Source: Candidatus Iainarchaeum sp. (GTDB lineage Archaea; Iainarchaeota; Iainarchaeia; Iainarchaeales; DTGL01). From it: a stretch of DNA of 32,000 nt. Shown here piece after piece: positions 8,223 to 15,978 of the stretch. Position 1 is the stretch's first letter. Every line of letters starts with the position of its first letter. Under the pieces are notes generated by a model. It did not search any database. It saw nothing but the letters and a program-made list of their open reading frames with translations, and was not told where the DNA came from. A program made the position numbers and the translations under genes. The stretch spans positions 13,237 through 45,236 of the forward strand of contig JAVYME010000004.1 in the NCBI GenBank assembly GCA_038736825.1, written 5' to 3'.

Positions 8223-8333
8223 TTCAAAATAGTGTTATTGAATGTTTTTTATTCTTTTTCAAGTCAAAAAAAGCCAACAAAGAAAATTTAAATATTGTTC
8301 GGTTCAAATAATTGCATTCGCTGGTGGTTGGGA

Positions 8334-9038
8334 ATGGAAGACCTGCTAATGCCTTTTCGAAGAAACAGCAAAGTTAAAGAAGAGGCAAAAGAAGAAATAA
8401 AGGACCATGTTGGCACCGACCTTGCAATGGAACACAGGGCAAAGGCAAGGATAAGGGAAGCCGACCTAGAATTTGAAAAAGCTTTCGCAGAAGTGATGGG
8501 TATTCCCTTCAAGCCAAAAAAACTCCCAGAGGAAGAGGAACCCCCAGCCGCTGAAGAAATGCCATGCCCAGAAAAAAAGCAAAGCGACCAAAAACAGTCA
8601 GACCTGAAAGCAATAGTTGAAATGGCAAAAAAGGAAAAAGAACCAATAATTCAAGAAAGCCAAAAAGAAGAAGAAAAAAAAGAAATAGTCCAAAAAGTAA
8701 TTGCTGAAATGAAGGCAAACGCAGTTGCAAGAGATGGCAGTGAAACCAAAGAAGAATTGGAAGAAAAGGAGGTTGACCCGGAATTGAAAAAAAAGCAGCA
8801 GGCTAAATGGGCGACTTTTAATTTCTGGTATTCTGACAGAAACGCATCCTCCTACGCAGAATTCAAAGATGCAATAAAAGCCATAGGCAACCAATCACTG
8901 GAACACCACGCCCGCAACAACGATTTCTCAAAGTATTTGCGCGAATTCTATGACAAAAAAACAGCCGACAAAATAGAATACCTGGAAAACTCGTTCAGGG
9001 GCGAAGAACTGCGATCAAGAATCCTCAAAACGCTCTAA
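8334..9038 (+). CDS. hypothetical protein: K/E-rich disordered N-terminal two-thirds plus a small globular C-terminal domain
   Basis: The ORF is open from TTG 8295. I prefer ATG 8334 because a TATA-like TTTAAATA sits at 8287-8294. The C-terminus (WATFNFWYSDRNASSYAEFKDAIKAIGNQSLEHHARNNDFSKYLREF) looks like a conserved domain of unknown function. Confidence 0.55.
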   Translation: MEDLLMPFRRNSKVKEEAKEEIKDHVGTDLAMEHRAKARIREADLEFEKAFAEVMGIPFKPKKLPEEEEPPAAEEMPCPEKKQSDQKQSDLKAIVEMAKKEKEPIIQESQKEEEKKEIVQKVIAEMKANAVARDGSETKEELEEKEVDPELKKKQQAKWATFNFWYSDRNASSYAEFKDAIKAIGNQSLEHHARNNDFSKYLREFYDKKTADKIEYLENSFRGEELRSRILKTL

Positions 9039-9096
9039 AAAGAAAGCCAAAAACAGCGATTGCAAGTTTTTTATTACTTTTCCCGCAAAATTTTTT

Positions 9097-9588
9097 ATGG
9101 CTGAATTTTGCAAAAAAAACAGGGAAAAAAAGATTTTCATTTCATGGAAAAAGTTTGACTCATTATGCAGGCAACTCGCAAAACAGGTTGAAAAAGAATT
9201 CAAGCCAGAACTGATTGTTGCAATTTCAAGGGGCGGCCTTGTGCCTGCACAAATAATATCGCATTGCATAAAGAACAGCGAATTATATGTCATAAAAGCA
9301 GACTATTACAAGGATGACACTGCAAAAAAAGACATGAAATGGAACACAGAGCCGCTCATAACCCAAAAACTCGACAGGCAAGTGGAAGGCAAGAAAATCC
9401 TTGTAGTGGACGAAGTGACAGATTCGGGTGCAACAGCACTAATGGTGAAAAAATACATAGATTCGCTTAAGCCGGGGGAAGCACGCTACCTCACAGTCCA
9501 TTGGAAGCCATGGAGCAAGTTCAAGCCACACTATTTCGCTGAAGAGGCTGATGGCTGGATAGTGTATCCTTGGGCAAAAAAAGACTGA
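9097..9588 (+). CDS. gpt: purine phosphoribosyltransferase (xanthine-guanine PRT-like)
   Basis: 163 aa. The motifs IVAISRGGLVPA and ILVVDEVTDSGATA (PRPP-binding loop) and a WIVYPW C-terminus match the Gpt architecture as I recall it. Confidence 0.7.
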   Translation: MAEFCKKNREKKIFISWKKFDSLCRQLAKQVEKEFKPELIVAISRGGLVPAQIISHCIKNSELYVIKADYYKDDTAKKDMKWNTEPLITQKLDRQVEGKKILVVDEVTDSGATALMVKKYIDSLKPGEARYLTVHWKPWSKFKPHYFAEEADGWIVYPWAKKD

Positions 9589-9662
9589 ATTGAATTAAAC
9601 AGCAAATCCAAAAAAAATTGAATTCTGTTGTTTAATGCAATAAAAACATTTTTAGCAGTCTT

Positions 9663-10616
9663 TCACTTTGCCAGTTCTTCAAAGCCAACATGTTTTAGTG
9701 CTGCTTTGTGACTATAACCCATGCTGCGCCGATGCAAATAACGCCATCTCTTCTTTTTTGGCAGGTTCAAGAAAACCCACTGGCCTATCTGGTCTCCCAC
9801 AGCCCTAGTCCAGCCTGCCTCTGAAAAGGTTTTTTCTTTTTTATCCCAAACCGCCTTTCTGTCAAAATCCCGCAATGCCGGGCTTTTTATTTTTTTGTTT
9901 GGTTTCAAAAACTTGCGCTCCAAGCAATAAAGCCTGTCTGCAGCCTGCGCAAAAGGCACATCCACCTTTATTACGCCAAGCTTTTGCAAAACATGCACTG
10001 TTTCATGGATTGGACTGCTCTTTGAATACTTGTCATTACGCCAGCCTTTCGTGAAATAAATTTTGCCAGTGTTATCCTGCATTAGTGCGGGATAGATTTC
10101 CCCCTTCCTTTTAATGTAGCGATACAATTCCATTGCCTCTTCCCACATTTCGGTAAGGTCATGACTGTTCTCTTCAAGCACAGCGCTAACCGAAAGAGTT
10201 TTGCCAGTAATCAGGTTTTTCACGCGCCAGCGCACAACATCCTTTTTTTTCTTTGGCAAGCCGTTAGTGAAGACGTCAATTGCAAAATCCATTTGCCTTT
10301 CTATTTCCCTCAAGTCGGCTTTGGAAAGCTTGCCACCGTAAAGCCTTTCCCTAAGGCTTGGCACAGGCAGTTTTGTCCTGCCATTTCTTGCCTTTGCCTC
10401 TTCCTTCCAAGCCCTGCTCAAAAAACCAGCCAGCAATTCTTTTACGGTTTCAGACCTAGAATCAGGGGGAATGTCTGAAGAACCAAAAGAGTCATCCAGA
10501 GAATGCTCTTTTTGAGAAACAGGTATGCTAGCCCTTTTTTTCCTGATTGCCATAAAAGAAAACCGGTAAATCAAACCCCTAAAAAAAACTGCAATTCCAA
10601 TAATAAAATATAACAA
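9663..10616 (-). CDS. hypothetical protein with an N-terminal TM helix and an HExxH motif (putative zinc-dependent hydrolase)
   Basis: 317 aa from TTG 10616, which lies 3 nt after the DedA-like stop. An alternative ATG at 10553 would remove the TM segment. The motif is PIHETVHVLQ. No family was recognised. Confidence 0.5.
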   Translation of the reverse strand: MLYFIIGIAVFFRGLIYRFSFMAIRKKRASIPVSQKEHSLDDSFGSSDIPPDSRSETVKELLAGFLSRAWKEEAKARNGRTKLPVPSLRERLYGGKLSKADLREIERQMDFAIDVFTNGLPKKKKDVVRWRVKNLITGKTLSVSAVLEENSHDLTEMWEEAMELYRYIKRKGEIYPALMQDNTGKIYFTKGWRNDKYSKSSPIHETVHVLQKLGVIKVDVPFAQAADRLYCLERKFLKPNKKIKSPALRDFDRKAVWDKKEKTFSEAGWTRAVGDQIGQWVFLNLPKKKRWRYLHRRSMGYSHKAALKHVGFEELAK

Positions 10617-10619
10617 TGT

Positions 10620-11288
10620 TTAAATAGTTTTACTTGCCTTTCCCCTTCCGCGTTTTCTTCCCTGCTTTACAACAGACTGCGAATTTTCCAATTGTTGACC
10701 TGCAAATGTGGACTCCGCAAGTCTTTTAGCCTGCTTGCCCACCTGCTTCCAGTCCACAAAAATCAAAAGAGCTGCTGCAACAATCCCCAAAACATCAAAA
10801 AAAAGCTTCAAAGAATCAGTGCTGCCAGGCCCTGCAGACTGCTCTACTGCTGCAAAAAGCCCGTGGGATAATACTACAAGGGCAAAATAGGACAAAAGCC
10901 TGCCGCAAAAAAAACCAACCAAAAGCAGTCTCACCTTTATTTTTGTAAGCCCGCTTGCCACGAAAAGCAGGTTGCTTGGAATCGGGCTGAGGGCAAAAAG
11001 GAAAGAGCCTATGAAAATAGCGCCCTCTCTTTGGTCGAAAAAGGCTTTTATTTCCGCAGCGTTTTTTGCTAACTCCTTGTTAAAAAAGCGCCTGAAAAAA
11101 CCGCTGTAAAAAGTCAGAACTGCTCTCCCGCAAGTAGAGCAAACTGCGCCCACAAATGCTAAAAGGAATGGATTGAAGGAAGGATCATTGATTTTTGCAA
11201 GCGACAAAACAACCCACGTTGGAGGCATCAATGCCGGCATAATGTTTAGAAAAAAAACCAGGATGCCCAAGGAAACATAATCAGCCAT
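10620..11288 (-). CDS. DedA/VTT-domain family membrane protein with a basic C-terminal tail
   Basis: Polytopic. The pattern LMPPTWVVLSL...GRAVLTFY...SPIPSNLLFVASG is DedA/YqaA-like. I prefer ATG 11288 over the track's TTG 11315. Confidence 0.55.
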   Translation of the reverse strand: MADYVSLGILVFFLNIMPALMPPTWVVLSLAKINDPSFNPFLLAFVGAVCSTCGRAVLTFYSGFFRRFFNKELAKNAAEIKAFFDQREGAIFIGSFLFALSPIPSNLLFVASGLTKIKVRLLLVGFFCGRLLSYFALVVLSHGLFAAVEQSAGPGSTDSLKLFFDVLGIVAAALLIFVDWKQVGKQAKRLAESTFAGQQLENSQSVVKQGRKRGRGKASKTI

Positions 11289-11389
11289 AAAAGAAACCCA
11301 AATCAAGCAATCCAATATAATACCATCATTAGACTATTTAAAACCTGTCAAGAGAAAGATTTAAAACCATCAAGCACGTATAATTTATC

Positions 11390-11527
11390 ATGGCGAGGCG
11401 GGCTAGAAGTGTTGGAATGCGCAAGCCAACAAAAACAAGCTTAATCCAAAGGGCTTTGGGAAGAGCCTTGGGCGGAGTCTATCCACTGGACAAGGTTGCA
11501 CGCAGCAAAATAGCACGCAAAAAATGA
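11390..11527 (+). CDS. possible small basic protein (45 aa), function unknown
   Basis: ATG 11390 to TGA 11525-11527 gives MARRARSVGMRKPTKTSLIQRALGRALGGVYPLDKVARSKIARKK. A TTTAAAA element about 25 nt upstream would fit a leaderless transcript. It is below the ORF-track length cutoff and no homology was recognised. Confidence 0.3.
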   Translation: MARRARSVGMRKPTKTSLIQRALGRALGGVYPLDKVARSKIARKK

Positions 11528-11585
11528 TTTTTTCCAGTCAACTCAAAAAAAGCCCATTAAAAAAGATTCCAGTGCTAATTTTTAT

Positions 11586-11648
11586 TGCCTCAATGATGAA
11601 CTGACGATGAATCTGACCCTTGATGATTGATGGGCGGTCTGAGGGGCA
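11586..11648 (+). ncRNA. candidate archaeal C/D-box sRNA (2'-O-methylation guide)
   Basis: Boxes: C box AUGAUGA 11593-11599; D' box CUGA 11613-11616; C' box UGAUGA 11621-11626; D box CUGA 11639-11642. Guides: 13 nt at 11600-11612 and 12 nt at 11627-11638. A terminal stem pairs TGCC 11586-11589 with GGCA 11645-11648. The element is intergenic. Confidence 0.6.
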
Positions 11649-11780
11649 CTTTTTGGGATAACACGGTTTTTTGCCTTTAAAACTGCATTCTAGGGGCTTT
11701 TGCAGGCATTTGTTTAAATACCTTATCATGCAAATTTTAACATTTAAAGCATGTTTAAACGGCTTTAAGGAGGTTTTTAA

Positions 11781-11954
11781 ATGGAAGACTTGGTTGTAAA
11801 ATCAAAGGTCAAGGAATACGCAAAAAAGAAAGACATCAGGATGAGCGCTGAAGTTTTCGACGAACTCAACAAAGTCATTGCAGGCAAAATAGACAAAGCC
11901 ATCATGAGAGCCAAAGAAAACAAAAGGCAAACAATAAAAGCCTGCGACATATAA
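11781..11954 (+). CDS. DUF1931-type histone-fold-like small protein (57 aa)
   Basis: AAGGAGG at 11767-11773 precedes ATG 11781. The product is MEDLVVKSKVKEYAKKKDIRMSAEVFDELNKVIAGKIDKAIMRAKENKRQTIKACDI. The pattern VVKSKVKEY...R.S.E....N.......I..A...AK.N.R.T.K..D matches the DUF1931 family as I recall it. A terminator follows. Confidence 0.7.
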   Translation: MEDLVVKSKVKEYAKKKDIRMSAEVFDELNKVIAGKIDKAIMRAKENKRQTIKACDI

Positions 11955-11962
11955 AGAAACTG

Positions 11963-12009
11963 TTTTTTTTAATTGGGCTTTTCTTGGAAAAGCCCGCTTG
12001 TTTTATTTT
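11963..12009 (+). terminator. T8 tract plus a perfect 9-bp hairpin plus a T-rich tail, between convergent genes
   Basis: T8 at 11963-11970. Hairpin GGGCTTTTC-TTG-GAAAAGCCC at 11975-11995. GCTTGTTTTATTTTG follows. Confidence 0.6.
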
Positions 12010-12027
12010 GCAATTTTTTTGCTTGCT

Positions 12028-12540
12028 TTAAGGCAACAGCCTAGTTATCGGGTAATAGTTTATGTCGTTTTCTGAATCAACCACTGCTTGCACAAAAACA
12101 GTGTTCAAATTAGCGCTCAGCCTAACCATTCTGCTTATTTCCGGCATGGAAAAAATTTCATCTTGCGTGCAAACATTTATTACATACTGTGAATGCTCTT
12201 CACCTGGCTTTTTGCCTCTAGGGTACACTCTCAAGTCAAAACCAAACTTGTACCCTGTTTTAACCACATAACCTTTTTCCCTCAAATCCCTGAAAACAAG
12301 GTATTTTGAATAAAACTTTGGATCGGTTTTTTCCCCTATTTCAAGCAATTTTTTTTCAGATACAACAGTCTTGCCTTTGACTATTTCCAGTTTTTCCCTT
12401 TCAACAAGATACAATGCCTCTTTCAAGTCCAATACAAGGTTTTTGCCCTCTGTTTCCCCAAACCCCTTTGAAATAAGCTGGTCTCGCTTTCTTTTCTCTG
12501 AAACCACCACTTTGTTTTCAATAAGTTCAGCCATTTGCAT
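12028..12540 (-). CDS. endA: tRNA-splicing (BHB) endonuclease EndA
   Basis: About 170 aa from ATG 12540 (MQMAELIENK...). The catalytic-domain pattern is YVVKTGYKFGFDLRVYPRG...EHSQYVINV. I reject the N-terminal extension in the track (MFLYSFMMNFF...) because it reads through the AT-rich promoter. Confidence 0.85.
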   Translation of the reverse strand: MQMAELIENKVVVSEKRKRDQLISKGFGETEGKNLVLDLKEALYLVEREKLEIVKGKTVVSEKKLLEIGEKTDPKFYSKYLVFRDLREKGYVVKTGYKFGFDLRVYPRGKKPGEEHSQYVINVCTQDEIFSMPEISRMVRLSANLNTVFVQAVVDSENDINYYPITRLLP

Positions 12541-12606
12541 TACACCGAAAAAGGTATTAAATATAAAGAAATTCATCATAAAAGAATATAAAAACAAGGT
12601 GTTTGA

Positions 12607-13686
12607 ATGGAATTAAATCCTTGGTCGAGCAAGGGCATTTCAGACTACGAGCACGTGTTCAAAGAATTTGGATTGAACGAGTTTCCAGAAGAATGGAAAA
12701 AATCCCTGAAACACTATTTTTTTGAAAGAAACATAGTAATAGCCCACCGAGGCTTTGAACTTGTAATGAAACGCATAGAGGAAAAAAAACCATTCATTAA
12801 CATGACTGGAATTGCCTCCTCTGGGCCGCTGCATTTTGGGCACAAGGCAGACATAGACTTGTTTGTTTTTTTCAAATCGCTTGGAGCGCACAACCATTTT
12901 TGCATTGCAGACATAGACGGTTATGCGAGCAGGGAAAAAATTGCAACAATGGATGAAGCAAAAAAAATCGCTGTCGAAAACCTTGCACACGCTCTTGCCC
13001 TGGGCTTGGATGAAAAAGATGTTTATGTGCAATCACAAATGAACCCTCGCTATTACGAGTTTGTCTTTGAAATAAGCAAGAAAATCACAAACAACATGTT
13101 TGAGGCGGTTTACGGGCACGTGGATTTGGGCAAAGTGAGTGCAGCAATACTTCAGTATGCGGACATTTTGCATCCCCAGTTAAAGGAATGGAATGGAAGA
13201 ATGCCTTCTGTTACAGGAATAGGCTTAGACCAAGATCCACACGCACGCCTTACCCGTGATATAGCGAAAAGACTTCCATATCCCTTGGAAATGCCTTCCT
13301 TTATTTATTTCAAGCACCAGTCCGGCTTAACAGAAGAAAGCAAAATGAGCTCTTCAGCTCCAGAAACCGCGATTTTTTTAAGCGATTCAGAAAAAGAAGT
13401 CAAAAAAAAGATTTCAAATGCTTTTACAGGCGGCCGCGAGACAGTGGAATTGCAGAAAAAACTGGGCGGAAACCCGGAAATCTGCAAGGTTTGCGAAATC
13501 CTTCGCTTTCATTACCCCAATACAAGGGAAGTGGAGCGCATAATGGCTGAATGTAAGTCTGGAAAGCGCTTGTGCGGGGAAACAAAACAGTTCACGATTG
13601 AATTTCTCAACAAATTTTTGAAAGAACACCAAGCAAGAACTGAAAAAAACAGAAAAAAAGCAGAAAAAATAGTGTATGGGAAATAA
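12607..13686 (+). CDS. trpS: tryptophanyl-tRNA synthetase (archaeal/eukaryal type)
   Basis: 359 aa. Class I motifs GPLHFGH (HIGH) and KMSSS (KMSKS) are present. The N-terminal PWSSKGISDYEHVFKEFGL resembles the PW...DY.KLI..FG signature of archaeal/eukaryal TrpRS. AAGGTG lies upstream of the ATG. Confidence 0.85.
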   Translation: MELNPWSSKGISDYEHVFKEFGLNEFPEEWKKSLKHYFFERNIVIAHRGFELVMKRIEEKKPFINMTGIASSGPLHFGHKADIDLFVFFKSLGAHNHFCIADIDGYASREKIATMDEAKKIAVENLAHALALGLDEKDVYVQSQMNPRYYEFVFEISKKITNNMFEAVYGHVDLGKVSAAILQYADILHPQLKEWNGRMPSVTGIGLDQDPHARLTRDIAKRLPYPLEMPSFIYFKHQSGLTEESKMSSSAPETAIFLSDSEKEVKKKISNAFTGGRETVELQKKLGGNPEICKVCEILRFHYPNTREVERIMAECKSGKRLCGETKQFTIEFLNKFLKEHQARTEKNRKKAEKIVYGK

Positions 13687-14328
13687 ATGCCTTTCAAGTT
13701 CAAATGCAAGAGTGTGAAAGGGGTTCCTGTTAAGAGAATGACTGGTTCAAGCCGGATAAAGCTTGAAAAAAAAGCCGAACAGCGAAACCTAAGGCAGTGC
13801 AAGGACTGGCGTGGAATGATTGAAAGGTATTCCACTGAAGGCACAATGCATGGCACTGCAATTATTATTTCACAGGCAAAATTTGAAAAAGAGGGACCTC
13901 TTGTTTTCAGGCCTTGGACTGACGGAAAACTCAAAAGGCGGCTTTCCAATCCAGTGCTTGCATTCATGCAAAAAAGCGATCTCTTGCTTATTTCAAAAAA
14001 ATACAGGATTCCTTTAAGGATTGTGGAAAGGCTTCAAAGAAGGGAAATGGAGGCTATTGCAAGAGAGATTGAAGTGCTTGTTGAAGACCCCAAACCCCGC
14101 TTTTTGGTGAGAACTAAGGGGGAAATTTTTGAGGCTGAAATAGAACCATTGCTTTTGCCGAATGGCAAGCCAAAGCCTTTTGAATATTATTCTGACAAGG
14201 ACCTTGCAAGCATTTACCGGCAGATCGGCATTCCAATGCCTTTGCTTAAACACTTGCGGGAAAGGGAAAGGAACAGGATTCGCAGGGCAAAAGGGCTCAT
14301 TGGAAAAATAAAAAAAGAAGGGAATTGA
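13687..14328 (+). CDS. hypothetical basic protein, translationally adjacent to trpS
   Basis: 213 aa. ATG 13687 immediately follows the trpS TAA. No family was recognised. There are two similar Y-R-x-I-P...L..RE segments. Confidence 0.55.
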   Translation: MPFKFKCKSVKGVPVKRMTGSSRIKLEKKAEQRNLRQCKDWRGMIERYSTEGTMHGTAIIISQAKFEKEGPLVFRPWTDGKLKRRLSNPVLAFMQKSDLLLISKKYRIPLRIVERLQRREMEAIAREIEVLVEDPKPRFLVRTKGEIFEAEIEPLLLPNGKPKPFEYYSDKDLASIYRQIGIPMPLLKHLRERERNRIRRAKGLIGKIKKEGN

Positions 14329-14347
14329 AAGGTTGAAGCCTTTCAAT

Positions 14348-15457
14348 TCAATCTGGAACGCACCACTTGCATTTTTTTATGACGCGTTCTTTTGCGAGAG
14401 CCATTGCAGCGCGCCTTGTGTATTTTTTGTCGCCTGCGCGTTCCAGCACGGTTTTTGTGTTCTTGGTGATTTTTTGTTCAACCATTTTGAACATTTTCTC
14501 TTTAGAGCCGCCAATGTATTCAACATAGCTGGAAATGACTCCCCCGGCATTGGCTACAAAGTCTGGCACAATCCATTTGCCTGAATCAGCCAGCAATTCT
14601 TCAACTTGTTGTGTCATTGGAATATTGGATCCTTGCACTATTAGTTTTGCTTTCACTTGGCTGACTTCACTGGCTTTCACTAGGTCTGGCACTGCTGCTG
14701 TAACCAGAATGTCCACATCCAAGCCGATTATTGCGTGCCTGTCCAGTCTTTCGCATTCTCCTTTATAGCCAACAACAGAGCCTGTTTTTTGTATTGCGTC
14801 CATTAACCCCTTGTATTCCAGTCCTTTGTTGTTTACAACCAATCCTTTAATGTCTGATATTCCGACAAGTTTTGCTCCGGCTTCGCTTAAAAACTTGCCT
14901 GCAAAGCTGCCAACATTGCCAAAGCCTTCTATTGCAACAGTTGCACCGTTAAGTTTGATTCCTGCAAATTCTGCTCCAACCTTTGCAGCATGGAACACGC
15001 CAAAGCCTGTTGAGCCGAGCTCGTGGGGCAAGCCGCCCATGCTTTTTGGTTTTCCAGTACAGGCTTTCCTTGAACCAATGGTTTTTGCAAAAATTGCCAT
15101 TTCTTCTTCGCCAATGTTCATGTCTGGAGCTGAAACATATTTTGAAGGGCAAACCTCTTTCAAGCCTTCTGCAAAGGCTTTCATTAGTTCTGCTTTTCTT
15201 TGCTTTGTTGGAAAATCGCTGTCGGCAATTATGCCGGATTTTGCTCCGCCAAACGGCAAATCTGCAAGTGAACACTTCCAAGTCATTGCCCTTGCAAGCT
15301 TTGCCACTTCGTCCACAGAAACTGTTGTGGTTAACCTGCAGCCTCCCTTTCCCGGCCCTAAGGCAGTGTTGTCTATGACTAAAAACCCTTTTAGTCCGAC
15401 TTTTGGATTGTAAACATGCACTATTTTTTCTGGACCATACCCGTCGAATTCAACCAT
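14348..15457 (-). CDS. Glu/Leu/Phe/Val dehydrogenase family protein (short form, 369 aa)
   Basis: The motifs LGPGKGGCRL and DLPFGGAKSGIIAD (family signature with the catalytic Lys) are present. A Rossmann motif (IEGFGNVGSFAG) follows. Confidence 0.85.
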   Translation of the reverse strand: MVEFDGYGPEKIVHVYNPKVGLKGFLVIDNTALGPGKGGCRLTTTVSVDEVAKLARAMTWKCSLADLPFGGAKSGIIADSDFPTKQRKAELMKAFAEGLKEVCPSKYVSAPDMNIGEEEMAIFAKTIGSRKACTGKPKSMGGLPHELGSTGFGVFHAAKVGAEFAGIKLNGATVAIEGFGNVGSFAGKFLSEAGAKLVGISDIKGLVVNNKGLEYKGLMDAIQKTGSVVGYKGECERLDRHAIIGLDVDILVTAAVPDLVKASEVSQVKAKLIVQGSNIPMTQQVEELLADSGKWIVPDFVANAGGVISSYVEYIGGSKEKMFKMVEQKITKNTKTVLERAGDKKYTRRAAMALAKERVIKKCKWCVPD

Positions 15458-15508
15458 GTAATCCCCCCTAAAAATTTGAAGAATTAATTGAACTACAAAT
15501 CTTTTTAA

Positions 15509-15919
15509 TTATTTTTGGTTGGCTTTTTCTTGTGCAATTTCTATTATTTTTAGACTGTATTCCTTGCTTTTTCGCAGGTTTCCTGCAAGCCTTTTAAAGA
15601 ACTCGTTGTCTTGTTTCAAAAGCACGATTGTTTCCACTCCCTTTAATCTTGCCACGTGGTCAATGTTTTTGGCTGTATCCCCCCATTGAACAACTGTTTC
15701 GCATTTTTTTTTCTTTTTTCCAACAAAGGCTTGTATTTCGCTCATTAGGTTTTCTCCTTGTCCGACTTCAGCCATAGTGAATCCTGAAGTGGCGTTTGCT
15801 GGAGTGTCCACTGGCAGTAATAGGATTACTTCTCTGGCTTTTTCCAAGGCTTGTTCGAGAAAATCTTGGCTGTTTTCTTTTTTTGAAATGAGCGGGATGA
15901 GGATTTTCATTTTTTTCAC
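15509..15919 (-). CDS. possible universal stress protein-like (adenine nucleotide alpha-hydrolase fold) protein
   Basis: 136 aa. KILIPL...EVILLLPVD ... WGDTAKNIDHVARLKGVETIVL gives a loose USP pattern only. Confidence 0.4.
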   Translation of the reverse strand: MKKMKILIPLISKKENSQDFLEQALEKAREVILLLPVDTPANATSGFTMAEVGQGENLMSEIQAFVGKKKKKCETVVQWGDTAKNIDHVARLKGVETIVLLKQDNEFFKRLAGNLRKSKEYSLKIIEIAQEKANQK

Positions 15920-15978
15920 TTCTTGGAGTCCTTTATCCTTAATTGCATAGGGTAAAAGCGTTTTCTGGAATTGAAAGC

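Noticed and set aside
7810-8232. 140-aa plus-strand ORF antisense to hypA
   Set aside because: hypA on the minus strand has the MHE and CPVC motifs. The plus-strand ORF is S/F-rich with no features.
11538-11729. 63-aa minus-strand ORF in the 11.5-11.8 kb gap
   Set aside because: It has no SD or promoter context and an odd composition. It covers the much better-supported C/D-box sRNA candidate on the other strand.
14811-15413. 200-aa plus-strand ORF, and other ORFs, overlapping the dehydrogenase gene
   Set aside because: The opposite strand carries the GGAKSG catalytic signature and a Rossmann motif. The plus-strand product is P/S/A-rich with no recognisable features.
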